Assembly: GCA_964035545.1 (NCBI GenBank)
Contig: OZ037769.1
Location: 1,860,001 to 1,924,000 of the forward strand
Source: Bugula neritina
Lineage: Eukaryota > Animalia > Bryozoa
Reading direction: 5' to 3'
DNA length: 64,000 nucleotides
Part shown: positions 31,988 to 60,000 of the stretch, one piece after another
Layout: the number at the start of each line of letters is the position of its first letter
How positions within the stretch are numbered: the stretch's first letter is position 1
The notes under the pieces: model-generated
Told to the model about the DNA's origin: nothing
Databases searched by the model: none
Seen by the model: the letters and a program-made list of their open reading frames with translations, nothing else
Made by a program: the position numbers and the translations under genes

Positions 31988-33237
31988 TCTGTCTACATCA
32001 CTACGGTATTTGTAAATAGCAGCGGCAGCAGCTTTTACTGGTAATTTAAAAAAAGCTTGTAATACAAGATATTTGTGGGTTTCAAATGTAGGAAAATTTA
32101 ATTCAAAAAATAATCTAATTTTTGTATTGAATATGAAAACTTTACAGCAAGAAAGCATCGTTCTAAAATTAGATAAAGAGAAGATGATTCCTAAATGTCC
32201 CACAGGACACACTTGTTCCTTGATATCCATGTAATTCACTTCAGAAAATTCTTCAGCCAAATTTCTAGACAATGCTTATTTATTAGAATTTTAAATAAAT
32301 GCATTTTTTGTACACCAGCTCTGTGTTATATAGGAAATCTACACTCCAAAATATTTTACGTGTATAGCAATTTATTTTGATACATAAGTGCTGTTATATT
32401 TTTTCCTACCATGCAGAAGTACTGTAAATAGTATGAATATAATTATTTTTGTAATTTTGTTCTGCATTAAAACTGTGCTTTCGTATACTATCTTTTTGTA
32501 AGATGTTATACAGGTTTTGAAATGATATCAATCAATATAATATGTCATGTATATCATCAATCAATATAATATGATATCAATCAATATAATATCTCAACGC
32601 TGTTTCATTTTAATCACTCTGTTATATACACACAATACATTTGTATATACATGTCAGCAGTCTGCTTAATATACTAGCAGTTATGATAGAATTGCTCATA
32701 TTCTCCCCAACTGCAAAGGCAACCAAATGTTGTTATATGTAATGTATAGTATATTCACACACATAGTGCTTTGATTAACTTTAGCTGTTATTTTTATTTG
32801 AGACGGTTTTGATATAAAAACCACTTTTCTATTTTATATGAAAAAACTTTCATTATTTTGCAAATGCTAACATCCTACAATTCCACTGCCAGCATAAAGA
32901 TGCCCCTGCATTGAATATAAAGCACTAAACTGGGGCGTTTACTGCAGTTGTGTTTCAACTAGTTTGACTAGACAGCTATATCCAATTTCTATTGGACAAA
33001 CCAATAGCTGTACAAGCCTGCATAGCATAAAATCAATTATAATGCAATGGGGTTAGCCACGTGCTATTATCAAATGAACTTAATTCCATGCATGAATCAC
33101 ATGCGAGGCTAATTTATAAAGAGCTACACTTTAAAGATCTAGTTAGTTAACTTATGCCTGAGTAGTTACTAAGTACTACGAAACTAGCGCACTGAAAACA
33201 GAATTATACAGGTTGGTGGATGGTTTAATCTGTTGCT

Positions 33238-36200
33238 ATGAATACAAGACTATTTCTGCTGGCTGTGCTGCTTAGCTGTGCTATAGGTGAGTAATTTTGG
33301 GAAAGCCTGGCTACTGTAAAATCTACTAACAAGCTGAGTGTAACTTTTAATAAAAGAAAAAACAATGTACTAAACATTATATGAGATAAGGGCAATGCTT
33401 TGCTAGGATTTATAACTATTATATTCATTTGAATCGTGACAGTTGCTACATCATGCAGTACAGCTTATGAGATTTTAGCTAAACAAAAGCTTTTTCCAAG
33501 TTCGAAGTAGTTGATTTTATGGGATTGTGTACTTTCAACAACCTCTAAATAATCTGTACTACCTCTCATAATTTTTTAACCATCTTAATTTCCACAGAGA
33601 TCAACACACTTGGCATTATGATTTATTCTCAATTTGTCCTTTAAAGTACTGCAAAAGCTTCAAGTTAATTTTCCATCAACTTAGTAATTTGTAAAAAGCT
33701 AGCAGGTAAACATAAACAACACTGGCATGCAGGTAAACATAGTAAACTAGTAAAACAAATGCAGGTTTAATGGACAGAGTCTTGCAAGTCTCAACAGATC
33801 ATTGTGATAAGCAATGACCTCTTTCCATGTCAACTTTTAGGAAGTCAGTAGCCTAACCTTGCAATGATAGGAATGTGAATGAACAGATCATGTGAAGCTT
33901 GCCTATATAGAGTATAGAGTTACAGTAGTAGTAATGTCTTATTGGTGAAGGAACTCTAATAAACTGAAGTTCACTGACTGCAAGTTATGCAATAGGGTGT
34001 TATAATCAAAACGCCATATTGTGTGAATATTAATTCTATAGTAACAATGCAGTAATGTATTATTATATCTCTTTTAATGTTATGGTATTGCTCTAGTACA
34101 ATATTTAAATATTTTTGGAGTTATTTATCCTTGCGATACCATGATTGCCTGTTTAGGTCACATATTGTGATAAAAGTCAGCGTCCAGGAGTTAAAAATGT
34201 TATGTAACTCCAAAGCAAGAAATAAGTCTTTCAGATTACGAGTATGAATAGCTAAGCATACGCACAATGTACCGCAGTTAGTATGTTGAGTTGACAAAAA
34301 ACCATTTGGTTGCTTAATAGAATAAATCAATTTTTGTTGCATTTTCAATACATCATAATATATATGGCTATGAAATGATAAAACTACTAAACTGAATTTA
34401 AAAACACTTTTAAATTATGTTAAAAATATCCACCCTTTTGAAAATCCATGCTAGCTATATAAGGGCTGCCTCTCCACACGCAATGATGACCAGATGCCCG
34501 TAATCTGATCTATATCATCAGTAATGCTGAGCAGTTCAAACTAATAACTTATAATATTAGACCAGCCCTCTAACTATTAGACCACTGTCACTTTCCTATT
34601 ATCTTAAACCTAATAATACAAAACAGTCACAAGATACAAATATATTAAAGTTAATAAGAAAACTGACTTATATTCTCATCAATGGAACACATGACATAGT
34701 GGCTGGTATAAAGTTATTGCTCTTTACGCTGACAATACTGTAAGAAGGAGAGACCAAGCTAAAGGGAGGTTTAAGTAGAACCTGAGATAAGAAACTGTAG
34801 TCTTTCTAAATAAAGTCTTTGTGGTTAAATGTCAATGAAAATAATCTAATACCCTATTTATACTGCTGAGTGCTTGTGCACTAGAAATACTACGATTGTA
34901 TTGCTGGACTCGTTGTACTGTCCAGGATGTGTGCATTAACTAGTGAATCAGAGCTCATGCTAACATCCTGGTGAATTGAATTCATTTCTTTCATCTGCTA
35001 TCATATGATATAATTAAACTGAAACAGGATGTTCCTGCAGTAAGTTCATTGCTTTGTAGGTGTTTGTACTTACTGACTTACATGTTCATCTGAAACATTC
35101 AATAAATACATACCTAATTATCAACCCCATGTCTACGATATTTGAGTAATGCATTCCTTCGTGTTTATTTAATGTAGCTATTGCAATAGTAGTTACAATA
35201 TGCTTACGTCCCTCATTTGCTTAATAATTTCTAGCAAGGTAACCAAAAGTTCCAAGTTTTGGAATTGTGGTGTCCTGTAACAGTTGTGTCTGGATTCATT
35301 ACAGTGCTGACTAATGGAAGAGCTCGTGGTGGCAGCAGCAGCAGTAGCCGCAGCAGTAGCAGCTCTCGAAGTTCCAGCAGCAGCAGGAGTCGTTCCACTA
35401 GCAGCAGAAGTCGTTCCACAAGCAGCAGAAGTACTTCGACCAGATACGCGAGTGGGTACAAGGCTGGGGTCGCTCGGTACTCTAGTGCTAAGAAAGCCAT
35501 TGCAGGTGCAGTGGTGGTCAGAGGCATGACTAGATATCAGACACGTTTCTCACACTACGATGACTATGATCCAGGTGAGAAAGACTGAGAAATATAATGC
35601 AAGGGGGGCAATTGCTAATTGCACTTGAGTTTTTTCTATACAGTGTAAAAATATACATTTAAACCTTGCATAAAATATTAACAATCTATGTTTCAACACA
35701 TTGGTTTCATATGGCTTGATGAGTTGTAATTTGAGTAGAGTTACCAAAAATATATTTTAGCATGTGATTGACCAGTTTAATATTGTAAATTTTTCAATAT
35801 GCCTCACCAATCATGTAAATCTAAAACTGGAATACTTTTAATTTTTCAAACTAATAAGGTGTGTCTTAAAACCTCATCTTTACAAAATCAGCTCATTCTA
35901 ATACAATATTTTATACCTTGAATTGATCTCTCAGTCAGTGTTGTGTTGATTTGTATACTAAGTCCACTGAGCTCTTCTCTAGATCCCCCAGTCTGCTATT
36001 CTGAAAGAAGTGAAGTGCAGACCGTCAATAACGTTACTTCGTTAGTGAAAGTTGGTTATTTCGTCTGTCCCTATGATGTAGCTGACAGCATAAATAGTAA
36101 ATATTGCTGCGGACCCGCTCTTCGACAATCATGCTGCAAATTTTGGGAACAGTAAGTTTAATTAAATGAATGGGCATATCCTCATTGTATATTTATGTTT

Positions 36201-36811
36201 AATTTGTAATAGTAGATGGAGCATTATACAACTTTGCTCTAGGTTATAAGGAATTAATCCCATCTATGTAACATAAGCAGCCAACCACATTGATTGTTAC
36301 ATTCTTACCCACAAAATGTGATTTAATTAAAAGTATATTTGCACAGCTAGTAATGTTAAACTGCTGTAGTTTCATCACTAAAAGGATCTGCATAAATTAT
36401 AGGGAAGTGACTCAAAAAGTTATCCAGACAACTTTCTGAGAGAATTGCATCAGCCAATTTGAAACTAACTAAATCCAATTTGAAAATTTTATGGAAGGTT
36501 ATTATTTGCCTATTCTAAGCTTTTATTTAATATGTTAGTAATATTTCAGTAGAATATTTTGAATTTCATTGATACTAGATTTTGGACTTATATTTAGCAC
36601 AGCCTGTAAAAATAAAGCATAGGGTTTGTTTTAAAACATATTTTCTTGTACCATGCAGTGCTATATTGCATAACACTTTTATTACATTCCTTGCAGTGGA
36701 GGTAACGTGGCAGGAGCTGTGATAGGATTCATATTGGCTGGAATACTCCTTATTGCTGTTGTGTGTATCATTTGCAAATTTTCAAGGAAATGTAAGTTGA
36801 CTGTTGCTTAG
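33238..36811 (+). CDS. Shisa-like six-cysteine single-pass membrane protein, gene D (~200 aa)
   Basis: Exons 33238-33286 (MNTRLFLLAVLLSCAI), 35305-35574 (Ser/Arg tract, GVARYSSAKKAIAGAVVVRGMTRY), 35983-36151 (DPPVCYSE..GYFVCPYD..YCCGPALRQSCCKFWE) and 36697-36811 (TM VAGAVIGFILAGILLIAVVCIIC). A GTAAGT at 36792 could allow a further 3' exon. Confidence 0.86.
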
Positions 36812-39800
36812 CAATACGCACACTTCCTGTGTATGTTTTACTTACATGCACTACTTAAATTCTTTTTTCAACATTAGCATCTACATAATGTCATTTAAAT
36901 TTATCCTTTACAAAGAATAATCACACTGGTATTAGACTAGACTCAAAGTGCAAAGTATTTTATAATTATTGTTCAAAACACACTCTGAAAGTTCAGCATA
37001 GACTTAACTAAATAAATTTTTATAAAACTTTTAAACAAATTATAATTTTTTGTATTTAAATCTTGTTTGCAGTTTCTAACTGTTTTGAGTTTTTCATTCT
37101 GTAAACTAAAGCTAAATTTCAAGCTCACATATATTATGATTTACAAAATTTTAAATAATACATTGACTCCTATATCACCCCTGAACATCAACTTTGCCTT
37201 TCTTCTTTAATATTAAACTGTGTTCTTTTTTATTAGCCAACAAGTTTATTGTTTATAAAATAATTTTAATATTAATTTTTCTTATTAATTAATTATTTAA
37301 TTGTTTAACACAAACAACTCAATAAATAGATCATAGATTATATGTATGGAAAACATGATTTTTCAGAGTCAATATTTCTTATTTATAGTTAGAGTTAGTT
37401 GTATTGCTGTATGTTTACATTGCATTGTCTTAATGCTTATTCAACTTTCGTCATAAATATGTTTGCCTGACATTTTTTAGAAAACATCAAGGAAGAATTT
37501 ATCTGCAACTTTGCAATGAATTCAAAGCAGATGACACTGAATCTGCACTATACTCTGCCTTAACCTCAAAATATTCATAATAAAATTACCCAGTGAACTT
37601 ACCACCATTAATATTTTATTAAATTAAGAAGTACTTGGAATGATAAAATTATATGTATCATTATGAAGGAAAAAATATGCCTTCAGTAGAGTTAGTTGCA
37701 CTACTAAATAACAGATATTTATTATTTAGCAGTTCTAACTATATGAGTTATATTCTAATGAGTAACTTCTACTTAACTCAGTACTTTGATTTTGTATGAT
37801 ATTGTGGTAAAATAAGATTCCCCCTCAAGTAAGTGCTGAAAGAGCAAAATCACACTATATGTTCATCATGTAAAAATTTTTTAGAAATTAGAATATTTAT
37901 TATTAAAAAAATTAACATTATAATTCGTTGGCTGTCAAACATTTAAACAGTTACAGTTTTAGAAACTCGTTAATATGTTTTGGAGTGATTTGTGCACATG
38001 TTCCTATTTTTATAATAACTCTATACATGTTATTTTATTTTATATGTTATTTTATTACTATTGTTTTTATTAATAAAGTAAAAGCATGTTTTTGCTACTT
38101 TTCCTCAAAACAAATATCATATAGCAGTAGATGTCTATTTACAAAAAATAAAATACAATATTACAATTTATTAACTAGCTGAAGCCATTTTCTGTACCAA
38201 TTAAACACATTTAATTCTTTTCTAAATTTAATCAACATAAAATGAAAAAAGTAAGTTGAATTTTAAAAAATAAAATATTTACTTATAAATATATGGTGCT
38301 AAATTCTTATATTTTCAAATTCATTCCAGCCATAAACAAGAGTTGTCTTTCCTCAACTGATCATGAATGTTTCTATTTTTCAATACAGGTGCTACTAGTT
38401 AGCTTTTTATTGCTTTCTGCTGTTCATATATGAATTTCTTTAAAGCAATGCACAGCTCAAAGTCGTTGTGTTTAGGTACCTAAATAAATATAAAGCAATG
38501 CTTTTGATATAATTATTATACATATTGAAAGATTTTAACTAAAATGTTCTTATATAACTACTTTCTTGTGGGGGGGGGGGAATGTTCAGATTTCTAAGAT
38601 ATACTGGGTAAGTAAAATTAATTTTTTTAGGCAGCTAGTATTTTCAGAATAAAAAAAAACTATGAGAAACATTAGCCAATAGAATTGTTTGACTCAATCT
38701 CTTTAGCCAATCAGATCTCTTTGCATCTGAATGACTATCTTTTACTTCTTTATTGATTGGGTTTCAGATGCATCAGCAAATTAAAGCTTTAAATGCTTAG
38801 CTCTGCAGCTAACAAAGCTTTTTAGTACATGAATGTGTCTAAACTTGAGATTAATTGCAACGAGATAATGCCAGGAATACAAAATCTAAATGAAAAATAT
38901 TTTAATGCAAAGAACACCTCACCATCTTGTGCCAGACATGCATGCAGGGTTAACTAATTATTCTACTTGAAAAGCTTATAATATAACTATATGCACTATT
39001 TTTGGGTTTAATTGATGTAACCTGATGAATAAAACAAAATTTTAATGAGGCGTACACTATTATGTCACTCTCTGCTACTTAGAGCTAACAGTGAGAAGTT
39101 TATAGAACAGTAGAATGGAGCTTTTGTCTGCAAGAAGATCAACCACTGAAAGATTCGAAAATGCCAAAAAACTAGTAATAAAACTAATGAAAAAACTTTA
39201 GTTGCACATTATAGCTTTTCTATTGTTGCAAAAGTCATGACACCATGATGCTCTAAAAATAACAAAATGTCAGGTATGATTTATGTTTCTTTATTGTATT
39301 TTTCAACTTTTGATATATAAGTATTATATATCTTATGGACTCAAAACTATTACAATATGTTTTGGATAAATCAATGAAGTAATAGCGCCTCTTATAGCTT
39401 TTTTAACTGCAGAATCTTAAAGAATGTAAATGATACAACATTATGTCCTTGACATGTTGATATCAGAGAGCAGAGCCTAACCCATCCCACACACGCCACT
39501 TTTGATTAATTCACTGCTTTTCAATGAATAATTTTAGGTGACCATTTGTCATTGGAGAAGATAAATCATGATTGATATCTCTGCTATAGCTGAAGATCTC
39601 TATTGTATATTAGCATGCAGCTTTAACCTCAAAAACCCCCAGACCCTAGAATAGGACAGTAACACTTTTTAATCAGCTGATGGTCTTCAGCTAACTTGGT
39701 TTTCAAACTGAGACTTACACCTGATTCTTCTAGTCGGTAGGTTTTTAAAATAGCATTCTTTTGAAATTAGATGGAAAACTACTTTGTTTAAAATAGCTTT

Positions 39801-40018
39801 GTATTTTCTAAATGCGTTGTATAAGTTCACAATCAATTTGTCACATGAAGGTCTAGGTTTATTAAGCATGGTTACTTGCAACTTGAATACTTTAGCTAGC
39901 TTCAGTGTACAAATATATTAAGTTACTACAACATGCCTATCTAGTATTCCTGCATAAAATGGTCAGCAAGTTGCACCTCTAGATTATGATAAATAAGTCT
40001 TTACTTTTAGTATGAAAT

Positions 40019-54156
<14,138 letters not shown>

Positions 54157-57047
54157 ACCTAATTGGTACTTCCTAAAACTTTTTTAATTATTTTATCTGT
54201 AAACTCTTTAATAAAGCTAAACTCAGATAATTAATTTCATTTAAATTTTTATTTTTTTAATTTTTATTATTAAATTAAACCTGAATAAATGTTAATTTTG
54301 AAAACTTGATTCAAATGATTTAGCCACTCAGGTTACTAAAATATAGAAAGAGTTGCAATCTTATTATGAGTGGGAATGAAGAATCGCTCAACCTTAATAT
54401 ATGCGAGGATGCCTAGTAAATTCTTCCTAATTAAAAGTTTATTATAGCACTCTATTATTATTAGGTGATTAATAGATGCAAAAATACAGTGACATGAATT
54501 TTAATGAATTATAGTATAGCTTATGATGTTATGTGTATATACAACTGAAGAGAATATAGTGGATTGAGCCACAAGAAAAACAAAACACAAGTTTATAATA
54601 AGCAACTTGGACCAATGTATTGCAGCCCTTTACTGTGAGGAGAAACACTTACAGCAAACACAGTGTACTTTGATCTGTAAAGATTATTGAAATTGAATAT
54701 ATCATATGCAATGCCGAATGCATCATATTCATTAGTTACAAAACAAAATAACTGGATATTGTGGTAGAACTTATTGGTGTAATATAATTATTCTGTAAAA
54801 ACATTGCTTGACTTCCAAATTAAAGGCATTCCATTAAATTTGAACATTTGCAAGCGATAACTGCTTATAAGTTAAAATGTGTTTTTAATGATTGAATTTG
54901 TCTTGCCCCGATTTGGGTGTAATTAGAAGCCTTCTATGTGGTAAATCAATATGATCGTTACAATAGCCTTTTTCAATTAAATTTTCCTAAAAAGGAACCC
55001 TCTTTGCACGTCAGCAGTTGGCGAAGTTTTAATATGATTGTAAATATCTTTTAAACTGTAAACCAAAATTAATATTTTCATGAAAGAATTTACTTCTGCA
55101 GATAATAGCAATAGGTATAAGCAAAAATTATTTTATAGCTAAAAAAATTCTCAAGGCATGCGGTAATAATTCAATCACAACGAAGTCAATGAAACATTTG
55201 TAATTGAAAGAATAAAATTTTACATGCAATGAACTATTACATATGTGATGCTAGAGGAGTTTGCTTCAGTCCATCTACTTTTCCCATATACTTATACAAT
55301 TTAGTTATGTAATGTGAAAATACTCACAATTATAGAATGTATTATTCACCATAAGCACTGCATCATATTATTCACCTGATTAAAGACTTTTGTATTAGGA
55401 GATTTTTAATAAAATGGGCTTGAATTTATTTTCAAAGTTTTCCACTAGCATAAGGGAAGACAATTCAATAGTGCTGCTGATGATTTACTTCATGAAAATC
55501 TCATTCTGATGGTCACTGTGGCTTTTCTATTGAATCATTATGGTGACTGCCATATAAACCTAAACTAGATTAATGTGCAGTATATCAAACATCCAGACGA
55601 TATAAGTAGTAAACAATTGGTTTGCCTTAATCCCTTATAGCTACTTATACAAGCCCCTACTAAAGTAGCTCACACAAGTTTTAGAGATTGCAAACAAAAA
55701 TGGGAATTTTCTAAAAAGGATTCTTCTATTCAAAATGAATTATAAATATAATAGTGAAAGTAATGTTATTGCTTAGTCAATATAAATATGTGTTATAGGA
55801 ACAGTCATGGGTATGTTGTGTGCAACCATGCATGTAGGTTGATGGGGTATTTTGGTATACAGCACAGTTGCCATGATTAATCATTTTATTAAAGTTAAAT
55901 TAATTACAGTTGTCAAAAATAACAGATTAAAAGGTCTTAAAGCTAATATCTTCTCACTCTTCACAGGTTAAGCAATCTCTCATAACTTTTACAACTTCAA
56001 GTTTTTAATACAGCTTCCCATGGAATTAGATATGTAGAACACTTTTGCACATCTCTAAATTAACCAATAATAAGCCAAATGCATAACTGTGAGGTATATA
56101 TTTAGATGATCTTCTTAACAAGCTAACGAATTGGGCTTTTCAAGACTAATATTATATACAAGTGAGTTAGTGAAGCATGAGTTATTAGAACCCAAGTAAG
56201 TGTATTTACGGATTAGTCTCATATGTGTGTAGGCCTCGTAATTTATAGGCAAACTCCAGGCATTGAAACAGCTATTCTGTTTTAAGTTTGATCTGCTACA
56301 ATGACGTCTACTCTAACATAATATGATAGGTAGAGGCTCTTTCCTCAATCTATACATTGACTGTTTAGAGTACTATACCTGATGCAGTTGTGTATTTTAC
56401 ATTCTCAGGTTTTATCAAGCTAAGCAGTTTAAATAAAGTTTGTGGTAGCTATATGGGCAGCACTGAAGAAAAAGCAAAGAAAGGAGCTTTAAAATTGAGG
56501 TCTTCCATGACAGATAATATACTAGCCTAAAGTAAACTTTCAGCCTAATTAACTCGAAGGCATGTCTAATGTGAAATACTAAACTATTCCTGAAAGCAGT
56601 CATGCATAATGTTATAGCAAAGGGTTTATTCAGAACACTAAATAGTCTCTTACACTTGTAATTGATCATTCTTAGTTTGAAGCTGTGTGAATTATGGTTT
56701 TCATCTATCAACTTTGTATGCTTGGCTACTTTGATAGTTGAAAATAGTATCAGTAAGTTTAGAGGCAAGCTACGTCTTCTTCCCAATTCTTTGAATTTAT
56801 AAGCTTTATTCTTATTTACATCAGAGTTGTAAGCTGATATGCATCCTTCTATATCATTCATTTAGAATAAGTAAATGTAGTTTGATGTGTAGAGTAGGTG
56901 AATTGAGAAAATTGGTATTTAGTACATATTATATACTTTTAGTTAGATGAGGAATCTGATCATGTACTAGCTAATAATTACTTAGTCTAATTTTGTCTGC
57001 CATTGTTGATAATTTACTTTAGTATGAGTTTACCTTTGGTTTGAGAG

Positions 57048-60000
57048 ATGGATAAGATGTCCCACAGCAGCTCTTCCAGAAGGGATAGAGACACTGACTA
57101 TGATGGTTGGAAGCATCTCATACCATTTAGAAAGAAGTCAAGGTATGTCACTTCTCGAAATATACTGTTACATGCAGCTAATCAAACTAGTAAATAGTAA
57201 AAGCAAAAGTTCATTTGCTGTTCAAAATAACTTGTGTCAAATGAAAGTGCAATGGGTATGATTTCAGATCACTTTAAATGAAAGTTTTGTGCACGCAGCA
57301 AACTTAAAATTAAATTTAAAGCTAGCAAAGAAACACCAATTCTTCATAAACACTTTGATAAATTTCTGTCAAAGCAAAATGATTGTAAGCACTAGGCTGC
57401 TTGCTACATAACCTAGCAGCAAATTAATATCAACTTTTTTTTAGTTTTAACCTAAGTCAATACTGCTAAATTGTGCCGAAGAGCAATTTGGCCAAATTCA
57501 ATAGACATTATACTTAGAAGAATTTAAAAGCCTTCAATCTCTAATCAGTTTAAGTTGTAAACTTTAAAGTTAAGGAGAACAGATGCTGCGAGGTACAACT
57601 TTATTTTGTCATTTCTAATTTTTTCAATAAATTTGTACATATAAATAATCTAATAAAATGTATCTTTGACAAGTTAAACTATAATGCTTAAAAGTTGATA
57701 AGTATAGCAGAGCCAACATTTGAATTATAGGAGCTACCGATTCTTGGAATGTGTGCTTAATTCAATTACAATTTTCTGATTTATTGAAAAGTTTCCACCT
57801 ATTACCACTGTGGCAACCAGAAATTGAGAGAGAACGTTGTTTATCTCTCTATTTTTCTCTTTCAAAAGCGCAAGTTCTTCTTAACTTATCCCTTGCTGTA
57901 ATTATCTCAGAAAAGTTTTATAAAAACTACCTTTTCAACAAGAAAACTGCGGCAAATTAAAACTTTGTTTATTCAACTTAAAGTTTGAGGTAACATATGG
58001 TTACCAAGTATGATATAGTATAAACATGAAGCAATGTTTTCTCTTTTCTTACAGCAATGCTAAGACTTTGCCCCTGGTGTCAGCTGGTCCTCTGAGTTAC
58101 ATAACAATACACTGGATGACAGAACTGATGTTCAGAGCATATAGGAGAGGAATTACTGTAGATGACCTTTATGATACACCTTGGAAAGATTCATCAGAGT
58201 ATAACTGTATGCTGTAAGTTATATATAAATATAGTTGTATATACTATAAGTTATATATGAATATAATTATATACTGTAAGTTATATATGAATATAATTGT
58301 ATGCTGTAAGTTATATATGAATATAGTTGTATACTGTAAGTTATATATGAATATAGTTGTATGCTGTAAGTTATATATGAATATAATTGTATACTGTAAG
58401 TTATATATGAATATAATTGTATATTGTAAGTTATATATGAATATAATGGTATACTGGAAGTTATATATGAATATAATTATATACTGTAAGTTATATATGA
58501 ATATAGTTGTATGCTGTAAGTTATATAAGAATATAATAATTGTATGTTGTAAGTTATATATATGAATATAATTGTATGCTGTAAGTTTATTGGAACATGA
58601 CCCAGATTGTTGCCCTAAATATTAAAGTCAACCTGCTTTCTCACTGATCCATGGCAAAGAGCTTAGCAATAAATCAATTAGATAAGCTTTACAAGTGGCA
58701 TTTTTAGCAACATATTGGCAGTCCAAATACATGTCAGTTTGATTTATGAGATAAATTTCACAACATTTCTAGTTTATCATAGACAATAATTGACAGTGAA
58801 TTCTATAAACTGATTTAAAATATTCTTCAACAAAATCCATATTTGTTTGCTTTTGAGACCACAGCTCACTTCTTACATTTAGGTGACGTATAAAAGAAAA
58901 ACTGTAACAGCCAGAATTCTTCATTCTTTGCAATAAACTTTTTGTTTTGGGCAGAGTCAAAGTGCTCAAAGCAAATAAATTAATGTTTTTGTTACTTTTA
59001 GCAGAAACACAGGCATTCCTCACTGCTGCACTTTCCTCACTCTCATGCACTAGCTATATAGGAGCACAATTCCAATGATCATTAGTCTCCTAATGCATTC
59101 AGCTTCAGTTCAAAGAAATTATTTCCCTATCAACGTGTAAAGCACAATGAGTAAAATCTTCAAGCTGTTTTGTTCAAACTTCTACATGTTACAGCTAGAG
59201 GTTTTTGTCTGCGAGGCAAAAAGTTGAGTACAGAAGTTCGGGGAATAAGTATAGAGAATTCAGAAGAGATATTGTAGTTAAAGAATGCACACATTTATAG
59301 GCACTTATATAAATACTGTTGCAAGTACAATTACATGATAATGAAGGCACAATTACATAATAATCAAAGCATAATTACATAATAATGGAGGTACTTATAA
59401 TATTGCATTATAAAAGCCCTTTTAAACAGTTACATAATTATGGAAGCATGAATTAACTGCATATTAAAGCAAAAGCTTTTGTATTTACAAAACTAATTAA
59501 AGTGGAAATTTTTTTCCCCCCCATCACCATTTGTATAATCAAGCAGCAAAGGACAGCTAACACGTTTTGAAAGTCTCTTTTTTGCATTTTAGTTCTATCT
59601 AAGTTGTTCTATATAAGAATGTATTGTTTTTCAAACAGGTTTGAAAAGCTGTGGAAAAAGGAAGTTAAAAGAAAAGGTTTAAAAGAAGCCTCTGTATTAT
59701 TTACTGTGATGAGAATGATTAGAGGCAGACTGATGGTTGCTGCACTGTTTGGAGTTATTCTTATGACAGCACTTCTCATTAGATCTGTGAGTGTATATTG
59801 AATAATATTAATTTATATTATGATATAGTTTAATATATTATAAGAGCCAATGATTGAGATTTGATGATGGACAGAGTTATCAAAGCAGTATCACAATATA
59901 GGTAAAAAAACACATATCAGGCAACAGAATATTTTGCTTCTTTACTTATTAAGTTGAAATATTACGTAGCTATAATTTTTATTGTATAAATTACATCTCT

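Noticed and set aside
54730-55270. Possible decayed LINE remnant on the minus strand between the ABCC genes
   Set aside because: Only vague peptide resemblance with many stops; not supportable.
56415-56861. 148 aa minus-strand ORF upstream of ABCC copy 2
   Set aside because: No recognisable motif, splice structure or paralogous counterpart. It cannot be supported without a database search or expression data.
58257-58565. Cys-rich repeat ORF (MNIIVYCKLY)n, and a superficially CRISPR-like array
   Set aside because: It is a head-to-tail 30 bp intronic minisatellite with no unique spacers, in eukaryotic DNA with no cas genes.
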